From Pseudothermotoga sp. (GTDB lineage Bacteria; Thermotogota; Thermotogae; Thermotogales; DSM-5069): 64,000 bases of DNA. Of the stretch, positions 25,381 to 34,802 are shown in pieces. Made by a program: the position numbers and the translations under genes. The first letter of the stretch is position 1. Each line of letters begins with the position of its first letter. The notes beneath the pieces were generated by a model. It was not told where the DNA came from. It searched no databases and was given only the letters and a program-made list of their open reading frames with translations. The DNA is taken from assembly GCA_031962025.1 (NCBI GenBank), contig JAVRKW010000009.1, one strand, 5' to 3'.

Positions 25381-26083
25381 CCGAACAAGCCTCCAGTAAA
25401 CCATGTGCCCTGAAGCTGTAATAACTTTCTCTTCCCACTACCAGATGGTCTATCAACCTGATACCAAGTATATCACCAGCTTTGATTATCATTTCGGTCG
25501 CTCTTTTGTCTTCCTCGCTTGGTGTGGGGTCTCCCGATGGGTGATTGTGAACAATGATCAATCCACCGGCATTTGACCTGACTGCAATCCTGAAAATCTC
25601 AGCAGGATGAAATAAGGTCTGGTTGCTCGTTCCATGTGTTATATCTTTGTGAAAAACCACAAAGAGCTTGCTATCAACAATGATAACACGTAATACCTCT
25701 TTTTCAAAAAACCTCATATCGTGGCAGTATTCAAAAACAGTATCCGGTTTGTCCAAGTTGATACGCACATCTGAGAGTTCTTTATACAACCTCTTACCAA
25801 GCTCGAGCGCGGCTTTCAAAGAAGTTGCTTTTGCAATTCCAATTCCACTAACAGATGCAATTTCCTCCAATTCCGCATTGGACAGTGCTCTGAGTGACCT
25901 ATCGAACTTGGCGTATAATTCCTCGGCAAGCTGAAACACATCCTTTCCCCTTATGCCTGTTCTCAAAAGTATTGCGATGAGTTCCTGTTCAGACAAACCT
26001 TCAGAACCAGCCTTCATCATTCGTTCTCTTGGTTTCAGAATTCCACCACCCTTTTTTATAAAAATACTCCCAAAGGTCGGCAA
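25310..26083 (-). CDS. radC: RadC/JAB domain protein (UPF0758)
   Basis: PRER....G...LS..ELIAILLRTG, HhH GIGIAKA, HNHPSGDPTPS.ED; true start probably near 26038. Confidence 0.94.
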   Translation of the reverse strand: MPTFGSIFIKKGGGILKPRERMMKAGSEGLSEQELIAILLRTGIRGKDVFQLAEELYAKFDRSLRALSNAELEEIASVSGIGIAKATSLKAALELGKRLYKELSDVRINLDKPDTVFEYCHDMRFFEKEVLRVIIVDSKLFVVFHKDITHGTSNQTLFHPAEIFRIAVRSNAGGLIIVHNHPSGDPTPSEEDKRATEMIIKAGDILGIRLIDHLVVGRESYYSFRAHGLLEACSDGRREGRKDSESAKVKNGIRKRS

Positions 26084-26597
26084 TGGGAAGACCTATCACC
26101 ACATATGGATCACCGACAATCGATTCGATGAAAACGCCTCCGAAATCCTGTAAACCATAAGATCCCGCCTTACCTGAAGAATAATTGTGCGCATAATATT
26201 CGATCACTTCTTGTGGCACTTTTCTGAATTTGACCCGTGCGGTTTGCGTCTTCAGCCAGATTTCACCAGGGCTAACGACAGCAACACAGGTATGAACCTG
26301 GTGCCATCTTCCAATTAGACCAGAAAGTTGGGATTTAGCATCAAAGATATCCTTTGGTTTACCAAGAATAATTCCATCAATTTCCACAACTGTATCAGCA
26401 CCTATGACCACAGCATCTGTGGCTCTGTCAAAAACACTGAGAGCCTTTAAAAGTGCCAGTTTTTCCACAGTTTCTATGGCATCATCAGTGTTTGTCTCCT
26501 CTATCTGAGGAACCACCACCTGGAAGTTTTCGAACAGTATTTTTAGAATCTTCTGTCGGCGCGGAGACGAAGACGCTAAGATCAATCTTTTGAACAC
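26001..26597 (-). CDS. maf: Maf family nucleoside triphosphate pyrophosphatase
   Basis: LILASSSPRR, IGADTVV, ILGKP, GKAGSYGLQ, VIGLP. Confidence 0.94.
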   Translation of the reverse strand: MFKRLILASSSPRRQKILKILFENFQVVVPQIEETNTDDAIETVEKLALLKALSVFDRATDAVVIGADTVVEIDGIILGKPKDIFDAKSQLSGLIGRWHQVHTCVAVVSPGEIWLKTQTARVKFRKVPQEVIEYYAHNYSSGKAGSYGLQDFGGVFIESIVGDPYVVIGLPIADLWEYFYKKGWWNSETKRTNDEGWF

Positions 26598-27069
26598 GAG
26601 AGATCACCTTTCCAGCTATATACGCATTTGCAAAAGCACCGGGTAAACCAAGAACCACCATGTACGGTAAGATCCAGAAAAGGGCTCTACTGCCAATAAA
26701 AATCGCTCCAACAAAGGTCTGCACAACGTTGTTTGTGACACTACCAAAAACACTCACACCCAAGAGTCCAAAGATATTCATTTTGAATATCAATGCTTCT
26801 ATCAACGCCGCTGAAATCGATCCAAAAACACTCATGAAAAAAGCCACATCCAGAAAATGACCAATGATCAGTGATCCAACAAGGCTCTTGCCAACTGCTA
26901 CGATCAAACCATCTTTTACACCAAAAACAGCCACCGATATGAGCACGACAAAATTCGAAAAACCCCACTTTCCATTTGGAAATGGAAATGGAACGAAACT
27001 CTCAAGAACATACACCGCTATACCAAGTGAAATGAAAAGGGAGTTCAGCGCGATCTTCTTACTCCTCAC
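26485..27069 (-). CDS. Gx transporter family / heptaprenyl diphosphate synthase component I-like membrane protein
   Basis: Hydrophobic; E..VP.P.P..KWG.SN, GVSV.G....N..Q; GTG at 27069 overlaps the upstream stop. Confidence 0.75.
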   Translation of the reverse strand: MRSKKIALNSLFISLGIAVYVLESFVPFPFPNGKWGFSNFVVLISVAVFGVKDGLIVAVGKSLVGSLIIGHFLDVAFFMSVFGSISAALIEALIFKMNIFGLLGVSVFGSVTNNVVQTFVGAIFIGSRALFWILPYMVVLGLPGAFANAYIAGKVISRVQKIDLSVFVSAPTEDSKNTVRKLPGGGSSDRGDKH

Positions 27070-27434
27070 CAGGTCATCACATCCACCTTGCTTTTTCCCA
27101 CAAACTTCACAACAACTTTGTTGGGAATGCATACTATTACACCGTTTGGACCAACCTTTCCGGTTTTCTCGCAAATTTTCAAAGGACAGTCGCTGTTCTT
27201 CACATAAACTTTCCCGCTTTCAAAAACTACATCCATGACATGTCTTTCTAAATCTTTCAATTCGTATTCACCGTACTCTTTCAAAACGGTGACCAGCCGT
27301 CCATCCTTCCAGATTTCCACATATCCTGTGGAATCACTTTGATGCGTTACAAAAAAGAACAGCAAAAAAACCACAGCTATGACGGCAACCACAGCAAAAT
27401 CTATCAACCTGAAAATCTTACCTTGGGCGCTCAT
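27066..27434 (-). CDS. NusG domain II-containing (DUF1312) membrane-anchored protein
   Basis: N-terminal TM followed by SDCPLKICEKTG...IVCIPNKV. Confidence 0.85.
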   Translation of the reverse strand: MSAQGKIFRLIDFAVVAVIAVVFLLFFFVTHQSDSTGYVEIWKDGRLVTVLKEYGEYELKDLERHVMDVVFESGKVYVKNSDCPLKICEKTGKVGPNGVIVCIPNKVVVKFVGKSKVDVMTW

Positions 27435-28479
27435 AGGTTGAAAACGATGGTGATTTGTGAATAGCACCATTCTCGTCAATCAACAGAACACTTCCACCGA
27501 GCTGTGGATACTGTAAAACGACGTATTCCCATTCCTGAGCCATGACAAACCCCGATGTAGAAAGAACATCAGCCGTTGTCGCGTCCTTTGCTATGACTGT
27601 AACAGATTGTGCCCCTTTTGCAGGATAACCAGTTTTAGGATCAAAGATGTGATGGTATCTTATTCCATCGACGATGAAATACCTCTCGTAATCTCCAGAT
27701 GTAGCCACCGCACCATCTGTTAAATAGATATAATCTACAGCCGAATCTGCCTTGCGTGGATCTCTCACACCTATTACCCATGGTCTGGAACCAAATTTCG
27801 GTCCTATAATCCTTATATCTCCTCCTGCTTCGATGAAACCCGTACATTTTGAATCTATTTCTTTGGCTATCTGATATGCCCTGTCAAGCGCATAGCCTTT
27901 TGCAATCCCACCAAGATCCAGTTTTGCACCATCGTTCAATTTGATCCTCCTTGTTCTGCCATCCAGCTCAACTTTTTTAACCCCGCAATGATTGAGAATT
28001 TCATCTATCTCTGCTTTAGAAGGTACCACAGTCGGAACCTTTTCGGATATCCTGTCAAATCCCCAGAGTTTTATCAAATTACCCAGAGCCGGATCAAAAG
28101 CACCCTCGGTGAGCTGTGAAAATTTCAATGCCGCATCAATTAAAACAAAACTCTCTTCATCAAGATCAACCAAGTCATTTGAAGAATTTATCTTGCTGAT
28201 AACGCTCTGTGAACTATTTGGATCGAATTTTTTATAAACCCTGTCTAATTCATTAAAGATGATTTCAGCCATATTTTTTGAACCTTTTTTGGAAGATACC
28301 ACGATCCTGCAGTATGTTCCAAGTGTGAAGCCTGTGTATTCATAGTAATTAGGTGGTGTACGCACAAAGACCAGAATCAGAAAGGCAACGACAATAGCGA
28401 TACCGATCAATAGAACCGAGAACACAAAATTGTTGATCCTCAGAAAATTCTTGCTATCTTTTTTCCGCACTTTTTGCAC
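27418..28479 (-). CDS. apbE: FAD:protein FMN transferase (ApbE family)
   Basis: N-terminal TM, GAFDP..G....WGF, DLGGIAKGYA.D, ATSGDYERYF, HHIFDP.TG.P. Confidence 0.95.
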   Translation of the reverse strand: MQKVRKKDSKNFLRINNFVFSVLLIGIAIVVAFLILVFVRTPPNYYEYTGFTLGTYCRIVVSSKKGSKNMAEIIFNELDRVYKKFDPNSSQSVISKINSSNDLVDLDEESFVLIDAALKFSQLTEGAFDPALGNLIKLWGFDRISEKVPTVVPSKAEIDEILNHCGVKKVELDGRTRRIKLNDGAKLDLGGIAKGYALDRAYQIAKEIDSKCTGFIEAGGDIRIIGPKFGSRPWVIGVRDPRKADSAVDYIYLTDGAVATSGDYERYFIVDGIRYHHIFDPKTGYPAKGAQSVTVIAKDATTADVLSTSGFVMAQEWEYVVLQYPQLGGSVLLIDENGAIHKSPSFSTYERPR

Positions 28480-29429
28480 CTGCCTTCTGAATCTAATGCC
28501 GTGATTTGGACATCATACCCCCGCCTTGTGACAACTGTCGTTCCACAGTCTGGACAAACAGTGCTCTCATATCGTGGATCCCAAAGATTTCCAATATAGA
28601 CAAAATCGAGATATTGACGAGCCAGATTGTAAATATCTATCAACCCTTCCACAGAAGTGGGCGGATCAGCCATTTTGTAATTTGGAAAATAACGCGATAG
28701 ATGAAGTGGCAGGGATCGATTTAGATCAGCCAGCCATTTGAATTCATTTTCCAATTGTTTCATGTCATCATTTATACCAGGAACGACCAGAGTTGTTACC
28801 TCCACATGAATTCCATACTTCACAGATCTTTCGATGGTTTGCTTGACAGTTTCTAAATCTCCACCAAGGCGGCGGTATATACTTTCATCGAAAGCTTTAA
28901 GATCAATATTCATGGCGTGAATAGACTGGAGCAACAGGTTGAGCGGCTCTTTTTCCACAAGACCGTTTGTTACTAAAACATTGTACAATCCCTCTCTGGC
29001 TGCTATTCTGGAAGTATCAAGTACAAATTCAAACCAGACGAACGGCTCGTTATAAGTATAGGCAATTCCCTTCGATCCACGTTCAACTGCAATGGATACT
29101 AACTGTTCGGGAAGAACCCGCTTTGTTGGAGCCATCTGCTGGGATATCTCCCAATTCTGGCAGAAAGCACATTTCATATTACAGCCAAAAGAACCAACTG
29201 ATAGTATTTTGTCTGAAGGGTTGAAGTGAAATAAAGGCTTTTTTTCTATCGGGTCGATGGCAATTGAAGTGATCTGCCCGTAATTCATCAATTCCATTAT
29301 TCCATCTTGGTTTTTTCTTGTCAGGCACAGCCCTATTTGTCCTTCGCTCAGCACACAGTGATGCGGACAAAGTTCGCATCTCACCTTTTCATCGCCAAGG
29401 CTGGTGAAATAGAGCGCCATTTTTTGCAC
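28440..29429 (-). CDS. amrS: AmmeMemoRadiSam system radical SAM enzyme
   Basis: CELCPHHC, DPIEKKPLFHF, CNMKCAFCQNWEISQ, YTYNEP, C-terminal CPDC/CKKC. Confidence 0.93.
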   Translation of the reverse strand: MQKMALYFTSLGDEKVRCELCPHHCVLSEGQIGLCLTRKNQDGIMELMNYGQITSIAIDPIEKKPLFHFNPSDKILSVGSFGCNMKCAFCQNWEISQQMAPTKRVLPEQLVSIAVERGSKGIAYTYNEPFVWFEFVLDTSRIAAREGLYNVLVTNGLVEKEPLNLLLQSIHAMNIDLKAFDESIYRRLGGDLETVKQTIERSVKYGIHVEVTTLVVPGINDDMKQLENEFKWLADLNRSLPLHLSRYFPNYKMADPPTSVEGLIDIYNLARQYLDFVYIGNLWDPRYESTVCPDCGTTVVTRRGYDVQITALDSEGRCKKCGKKIARIF

Positions 29430-29440
29430 CCAACCACCCC

Positions 29441-29965
29441 TCAGTGATACCTTTCTACGGTAAATCTGTACACAGTAACCTTCTCAGAGAAAAAGATACC
29501 GGCTTTTCTCTTTGCAATTGAAAGCTGCTGTTCAACTGTATCGACACCTGGCAGGTCTGGCAGCAGAAGACCCCTTTTGAAACCGCTCACAACTATCACT
29601 CCATACTTTTTTGGATCAAGCTGATTTATATCTGATACTTTTTCTGGCTCGCTCAAAATATCAACGCTGACCTGTATTTCATCGAATTCTTTTTCCTCAA
29701 CAGGTGGAAACCTTGGATCTTCTGTTGCGGCTGCTATTGCATTGTCTCTTATTTCCTCAGCCAGATTTGATTTTGCTGGAAGATAGGTACCTATACATCC
29801 CCTCAAACTACCATCCAGCCTGTGTAGGCTCACAAAAGCTCCGGTTTTTCTGGTCAAAAGCTCCTGTGGAGCACCGTCTCTGAGTGGATCAATCTGTATA
29901 TGGTCTTTTATCCAGTACTCGATACTTTTGATCGCCCATTTTACATAAGGATGTTCCCCTTTCAC
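29441..29965 (-). CDS. amrA: AmmeMemoRadiSam system protein A (AMMECR1 domain)
   Basis: GAFVSL...[24 protein letters not shown]. Confidence 0.93.
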   Translation of the reverse strand: MKGEHPYVKWAIKSIEYWIKDHIQIDPLRDGAPQELLTRKTGAFVSLHRLDGSLRGCIGTYLPAKSNLAEEIRDNAIAAATEDPRFPPVEEKEFDEIQVSVDILSEPEKVSDINQLDPKKYGVIVVSGFKRGLLLPDLPGVDTVEQQLSIAKRKAGIFFSEKVTVYRFTVERYH

Positions 29966-30819
29966 CTTGATATCCCCCCTTTTGAGTTACTAAGTGCGAG
30001 AAACTCAAAATCTTCTTTATAGATGAGCATACTTCCTCCCTTTGGTAGCGAACGCGATGCAATCACCTGTGCAAGACTCTGAGCAAAGGCAATGTCTTTT
30101 TCGAGTGGTTTACTTGCTTTTAAAATCCCTTCGATTTTCACAATGCAGTCGTAATCTTCAAAAAATTCATCCCACGAAATGAGTATCTGACCAGAAAATT
30201 CTTTTGAGAAAAAACTGTGGACGTACTTCATCTGTTCCACAAGATCACTGAATTTGGAAGGCAAACAAAGCACTATCTTTCTTTTAGAAGTCTTCGAAAA
30301 TTCTTTAAAGTAGTATATGCACTCACTCAACTTGTTCACGACGGTATTCAAGCCCATTCTGTATGATTCAATACTGAAATCGGCTGAAGGGATCAATACT
30401 ATCCTGATCCCCGCAGAAAAAAGTTCGTTCGCAAAAGCCAGAGAATGCTCATTGCCCACCACGAGTAACAGATCGATTCCATATTTGAGAAGATTCTCCA
30501 TTATTCTGTATTTCCAGTTCTTTGGTATATCCTGTAAAGATGAACTTGAAAGTACAGATCCACCGGCGTTCTCAAATTTTTTTACCGCTTGTTTGTCTAT
30601 GAGAAACGATTTTCCCTGGTAAAGTCCTTCCCAGCCGTTCAAGAAGCCTACGAGACTATCCTGAGATTTTTGAGCAAGTGTGTGAATGAACTTGTTAACG
30701 CCCGGGCATACTCCTTCGACTAAAAGCCCTGATCTCACCAGAATCCTCCCAGATAAATTATACCCTCTGAAAGCCATCAACGGCTTTTGGAAAAGAGACT
30801 CAAAAACCTCTGAGGACAA
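29962..30819 (-). CDS. Degenerate 6-phosphofructokinase (PfkA)-fold protein
   Basis: G.CPGVN, GF.NGWEGL, GGSVL.SS align with the PfkA N-terminus; GGDGS is replaced by GNEHS and PKTIDND by PSADFS. Confidence 0.65.
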   Translation of the reverse strand: MSSEVFESLFQKPLMAFRGYNLSGRILVRSGLLVEGVCPGVNKFIHTLAQKSQDSLVGFLNGWEGLYQGKSFLIDKQAVKKFENAGGSVLSSSSLQDIPKNWKYRIMENLLKYGIDLLLVVGNEHSLAFANELFSAGIRIVLIPSADFSIESYRMGLNTVVNKLSECIYYFKEFSKTSKRKIVLCLPSKFSDLVEQMKYVHSFFSKEFSGQILISWDEFFEDYDCIVKIEGILKASKPLEKDIAFAQSLAQVIASRSLPKGGSMLIYKEDFEFLALSNSKGGISR

Positions 30820-31501
30820 AATTTGGAAAGTAATTTTTGCAGATATTTGCTATACTCTGCACATCCTGGTAACTTGCCTGTGGCAATTTGCTGAAAGATG
30901 GATCAAGGGTACTGCCCTGTGTTCTACAGTTTTGGATCACATAAGTTGAAGCACCGTATAACCATTCACATATTCGGTGAAAATCTTCAATCGAAAGTAA
31001 TGAAGGATGAAAAGTCGTTCGAAATTCGTAGTCTGGTGCGAAAGTCTTTATGAGTTCAACTGATTTTTTTACATTCTGTACATCCACCTTAGATCTACAG
31101 ATCTGATGATATTTATCTAACGGAGCCTTTATATCCATAGCCACAAAATCGAGCAGTTTCAATTCAAGCAATTCTTTAAGCACATATGGATTTGTACCAT
31201 TTGTATCGAGCTTTACCTTCAACCTAAACTCTTTAACATCACAGATCATTGATCTGAGATTCTCATAAAGAGTCGGTTCACCACCAGTAAAACATACACC
31301 ATCTATCATCTGATGGTTTTTCAGCAACCACTGTAAAACTTTTCCCCAGGGAATTTGATAATGACAGCTATCCCTACTGATTAGGTCCTTATTATGACAA
31401 TAAGGGCATCTGAGATTACACCCTGCTATGAAAACTGTAGAACACAAACAACCCGGATAATCCAGCAGGCTTACTTTGACCCAACCCTGAACTGAATACA
31501 T
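30800..31501 (-). CDS. nrdG: Anaerobic ribonucleoside-triphosphate reductase activating protein
   Basis: SLLDYPG, CNLRCPYCHN, TGGEPT, KLDTNG, AMDIK, EFRTT; adjacent to nrdD. Confidence 0.94.
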   Translation of the reverse strand: MYSVQGWVKVSLLDYPGCLCSTVFIAGCNLRCPYCHNKDLISRDSCHYQIPWGKVLQWLLKNHQMIDGVCFTGGEPTLYENLRSMICDVKEFRLKVKLDTNGTNPYVLKELLELKLLDFVAMDIKAPLDKYHQICRSKVDVQNVKKSVELIKTFAPDYEFRTTFHPSLLSIEDFHRICEWLYGASTYVIQNCRTQGSTLDPSFSKLPQASYQDVQSIANICKNYFPNFVLRGF

Positions 31502-31507
31502 AAGCAG

Positions 31508-33301
31508 TCATCCACAATGAACTTTGTACGTATTTCTGATCTTGAATTCTTCTTGCTTTCCTGGGTTCCAGTTCTGTACAGGCCTGTAAAAACCAACAAC
31601 CCTGCTCCACACCTCTGTAGCTCGACCACACATTGGACAACTGTATTGTTCACCCGGTATGTATCCATGCTCCTGGCATATGCTAAAAGTGGGAGTAATG
31701 GTGATGTAAGGTAAGCGATAATTCTCAAAAATTCTCTTTATCAATAATCCGATTGATTTTGTGTCTTCGATTCTCTCTCCCAGATAAACGTGGAAAACGG
31801 TTCCACCGGTGTACCTGATCTGTAATTCCTCCTGCATCTGCAGTGCTTCAAAGAGATCTTCAACTTCACCCACTGGAAGCTGAGTAGAGTTTGTGTAGAA
31901 TGGTTCGGCATCACCGCTGGTGAATATATCTATAAAGCGTTCCTTGTCGATCTTTGCAAGTCTGTAGGAAGTACCCTCAGCTGGAGTTGCTTCAAGGTTG
32001 AACAGATTTTTTGTCTGTTTTTGATAATCAATTAATCGCGCTCTCATAAAATCAAGAACCTTGATCGCAAAATCTTTACCCTCTTCGGTGTTGATGCCCT
32101 TTTTGAACAAATTCACAAGGGCTTCATGCATCCCGATTAAACCAATCGTACTGAAATGATTATGCCAATATTGTCCAAAAGAATCTTTGATCTTCTTCAA
32201 ATACACCCTTGAGTATGGATACAATCCGGCCTCGGTCAGTTTTTCAATAATTTCTCGCTTAATCACAAGACTTTCTTTTGCAAGATCCATGATATTCGAC
32301 AATCTTTCAAAGAACTCATCAACCGATCGCGAAAGGTACCCAAGTCTTGGCATGTTGATAGTCACAACACCAATGGACCCCGTCATTGGATTGGCACCAA
32401 ATAACCCGCCTCCTCTTTTGCGTAATTCACGGTTATCAAGTCTGAGCCTGCAACACATACTCCTGACATCTTCTGGCGACAAGCCAGAACTCACAAAATT
32501 CGCAAAGTACGGCACACCATACTTGCAAGTCATTTTCAAAATCATTTCCGCAACCTCGTTATTCCATGGAAAGTCAGGAACTATGTTGTAAGTTGGTATG
32601 GGAAAGCTGAAAATTCTTCCCTTGGCATCTCCCTGGAGCATCACCTCGCAAAAAGCTTTGTTGAGCATGTCCATCTGTGCTTGAAAATCTCCATAACATC
32701 TGTCCTGATACTCGCCACCTATGATAACCGGTTCGTGAGCAAGGTACTTTGGCACCGTTACATCCATCGTTATGTTCACAAAAGGGGTCTGGAACCCGAC
32801 TCTTGTTGGAATGTTCAAATTAAAAACAAACTCCTGCATGCATTGCAATACATCTGAGTAAGACAAACCATCATAAGCTATGAAAGGAGCAAGAAAAGTA
32901 TCGAAATTAGAAAATGCTTGAGCACCCGCCGCCTCACCCTGCAACGTGTAGAAGAAATTGACCACTTGCATGAGCGCAACTCTAAAGTGTTTTGCTGGTT
33001 TACTTTCAACCTTTTGTTCAACCCCACCAAAACCATAGATTAAAAGGTCTCTCAAATCCCATCCACAACAATAGGGAGCAAGGAGATTCAAATCGTGAAT
33101 ATGAAAATCTCCCTGCAGATGAGCCTGACGGATCTCCTCTGGATAGATTTTTTCCAGCCAGTATCTTGTGGTCAAAGCTGAAACTATGTAGTTGTTCATA
33201 CCCTGAAGCGAATAATTCATGTTGCTGTTTTCCCTTACTTGCCAATCCTGCAACGAAAGATATTTGTCTATCAGATCACTGGTATCAAAAGACATCTTCA
33301 C
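31508..33301 (-). CDS. nrdD: Anaerobic (class III) ribonucleoside-triphosphate reductase, no ATP cone
   Basis: HIHDL, RSMCCRL, EATPAE, YTNS, C-terminal zinc ribbon and glycyl-radical motif SRVVGFYRPV.NWN. Confidence 0.96.
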   Translation of the reverse strand: MKMSFDTSDLIDKYLSLQDWQVRENSNMNYSLQGMNNYIVSALTTRYWLEKIYPEEIRQAHLQGDFHIHDLNLLAPYCCGWDLRDLLIYGFGGVEQKVESKPAKHFRVALMQVVNFFYTLQGEAAGAQAFSNFDTFLAPFIAYDGLSYSDVLQCMQEFVFNLNIPTRVGFQTPFVNITMDVTVPKYLAHEPVIIGGEYQDRCYGDFQAQMDMLNKAFCEVMLQGDAKGRIFSFPIPTYNIVPDFPWNNEVAEMILKMTCKYGVPYFANFVSSGLSPEDVRSMCCRLRLDNRELRKRGGGLFGANPMTGSIGVVTINMPRLGYLSRSVDEFFERLSNIMDLAKESLVIKREIIEKLTEAGLYPYSRVYLKKIKDSFGQYWHNHFSTIGLIGMHEALVNLFKKGINTEEGKDFAIKVLDFMRARLIDYQKQTKNLFNLEATPAEGTSYRLAKIDKERFIDIFTSGDAEPFYTNSTQLPVGEVEDLFEALQMQEELQIRYTGGTVFHVYLGERIEDTKSIGLLIKRIFENYRLPYITITPTFSICQEHGYIPGEQYSCPMCGRATEVWSRVVGFYRPVQNWNPGKQEEFKIRNTYKVHCG

Positions 33302-33312
33302 ACCCCCACAAT

Positions 33313-33365
33313 CTACTATATATAGTGTACAATTAAATTGTACACTATATATCGTATAAAGTCAA
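33313..33365 (-). promoter_or_regulatory. nrdD promoter with two NrdR boxes
   Basis: Minus-strand TTGACT-17-TACAAT (33365-33337); boxes CTACTATATATAGTGT (33313-33328) and ACACTATATATCGTAT (33342-33357) match the NrdR consensus. Confidence 0.85.
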
Positions 33366-33404
33366 ACAGGATACGAGAGCTTTGCCAATTGATGGGAAAA
33401 AATT

Positions 33405-33426
33405 TGGCAGCGCGTTAGCGCTGCCA
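33405..33426 (-). terminator. Intrinsic terminator of the peptide transport operon
   Basis: TGGCAGCGC-GTTA-GCGCTGCCA followed on the minus strand by AATTTTTT. Confidence 0.75.
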
Positions 33427-33427
33427 T

Positions 33428-34789
33428 TCATTTTCTGAGGGAGGTGTATAAACAGGTGTACAGGCCAGCTGTGAGTTGAATCTGAACCAACTTTTTTATT
33501 GGGATTACTTTAAACTGCGTCTTTTTCTGCAATGTTTTGATCCGTGAATCGATAATCTCTCTGATCTTTTCTGATGTTTCTGAAAGCAGACGATCTTTAT
33601 TTTTTTGAGATTTTACAAGCCGGTAGAACATACCCCATTTGAACAGAGAATAGGATTTAGTGCTTATCTGATTGTCAAATTTTTCTGCCACAGTTGCGTT
33701 TCTTTCAAGTTCTTCAGCCGTTTGAGCCCAACGAAGTCTTGCTTGATAAGATCTTTTGAAGGATTCCATGAAATATTCAAGTGCATCCTGGAATTTGGTA
33801 TGGGTATCGATGTAGCTTTTTATCTTTTCATACAGTGAAATGAGATGCTCCATATCATTCTTGTCTGATTCAAGATTTTCAAGAACTAATTTTCTTCTAC
33901 TTATCTTTGTTGGTTTGGTATTCTCAATTCGTTCGTCATAGTAGTAAGGTACCTCACAAACAAGTTCAAAGACGTTCCTGCTGAAACGTTTAGCATACCC
34001 TATGCTGCTTTCTCCGCTCATTATAATTGTTGCAGGATCGACACTTGCATATTTTTCATAATAGTCATACGCATCTACCGTCGTTGGCATCAAAAAAACC
34101 GCGCGGTGAAATTGTTTTGCATATGGCACTTCTGGTTCACCGAGTGACAGTGGTACGTTCTGATCTTCAGCGGCTTTTTCGAAAATCGGATACAGCAAGG
34201 GTGCATCTTCACTGATGTAGTAGTAAACCCCACCAAAACCTGCATTGTGTAAACTGTATATGAATGATGGTGGTGCCTGTTGTATTATATTCATGAGTGC
34301 CTGCGTCTCCGGCGTAGGCTTATCAAATTTGAGAGTTTTGTATTCTATCGGGAAAGACCATTCTACCTGTTCATTTCCCGCTGGCCTGTAATAATTGTAC
34401 ACATACTGCCTGAAAGAATATGGTTTTTTGAACCATCCTTCATTGAGTTTTGCTCCATCTACGTCGGCAGCTTTAACAATATACCAGGTGAAATCAAAAA
34501 TATCTCTTAACTCTTTATTTTCAGCCAGTTTCCAGGACAGATAATCCAGCATTACACTGCCAACTGGCTCGTTTGGATGAGGAAAACCATAAAGCAGAGC
34601 AGACTTACTTCCATTACCAATCCTCAGGCATAATATTGGCTCACCATTTGTTGATTTACCAACCTCAAAAAGGTCAACAACCTGTGGAAACTGGATTTTC
34701 AACTTCTTTGAGGATTCATTCAGCTCATCAACTGTCATGAATTTCCTGTAATCTGGAACTTGCCTAATAACCTGTTCAATAATGCTCAT
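33428..34789 (-). CDS. M14 family zinc carboxypeptidase (cytoplasmic)
   Basis: GKSTNGEPI, HPNEP (HxxE), SLHN, CEVPY; no signal peptide. Confidence 0.85.
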   Translation of the reverse strand: MSIIEQVIRQVPDYRKFMTVDELNESSKKLKIQFPQVVDLFEVGKSTNGEPILCLRIGNGSKSALLYGFPHPNEPVGSVMLDYLSWKLAENKELRDIFDFTWYIVKAADVDGAKLNEGWFKKPYSFRQYVYNYYRPAGNEQVEWSFPIEYKTLKFDKPTPETQALMNIIQQAPPSFIYSLHNAGFGGVYYYISEDAPLLYPIFEKAAEDQNVPLSLGEPEVPYAKQFHRAVFLMPTTVDAYDYYEKYASVDPATIIMSGESSIGYAKRFSRNVFELVCEVPYYYDERIENTKPTKISRRKLVLENLESDKNDMEHLISLYEKIKSYIDTHTKFQDALEYFMESFKRSYQARLRWAQTAEELERNATVAEKFDNQISTKSYSLFKWGMFYRLVKSQKNKDRLLSETSEKIREIIDSRIKTLQKKTQFKVIPIKKLVQIQLTAGLYTCLYTSLRK

Positions 34790-34802
34790 GTCCTTTCCCT
34801 CC

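Noticed and set aside
25310..26083. radC as a mobile-element marker
   Set aside because: It is the full-length chromosomal type next to maf, not the short island-borne form
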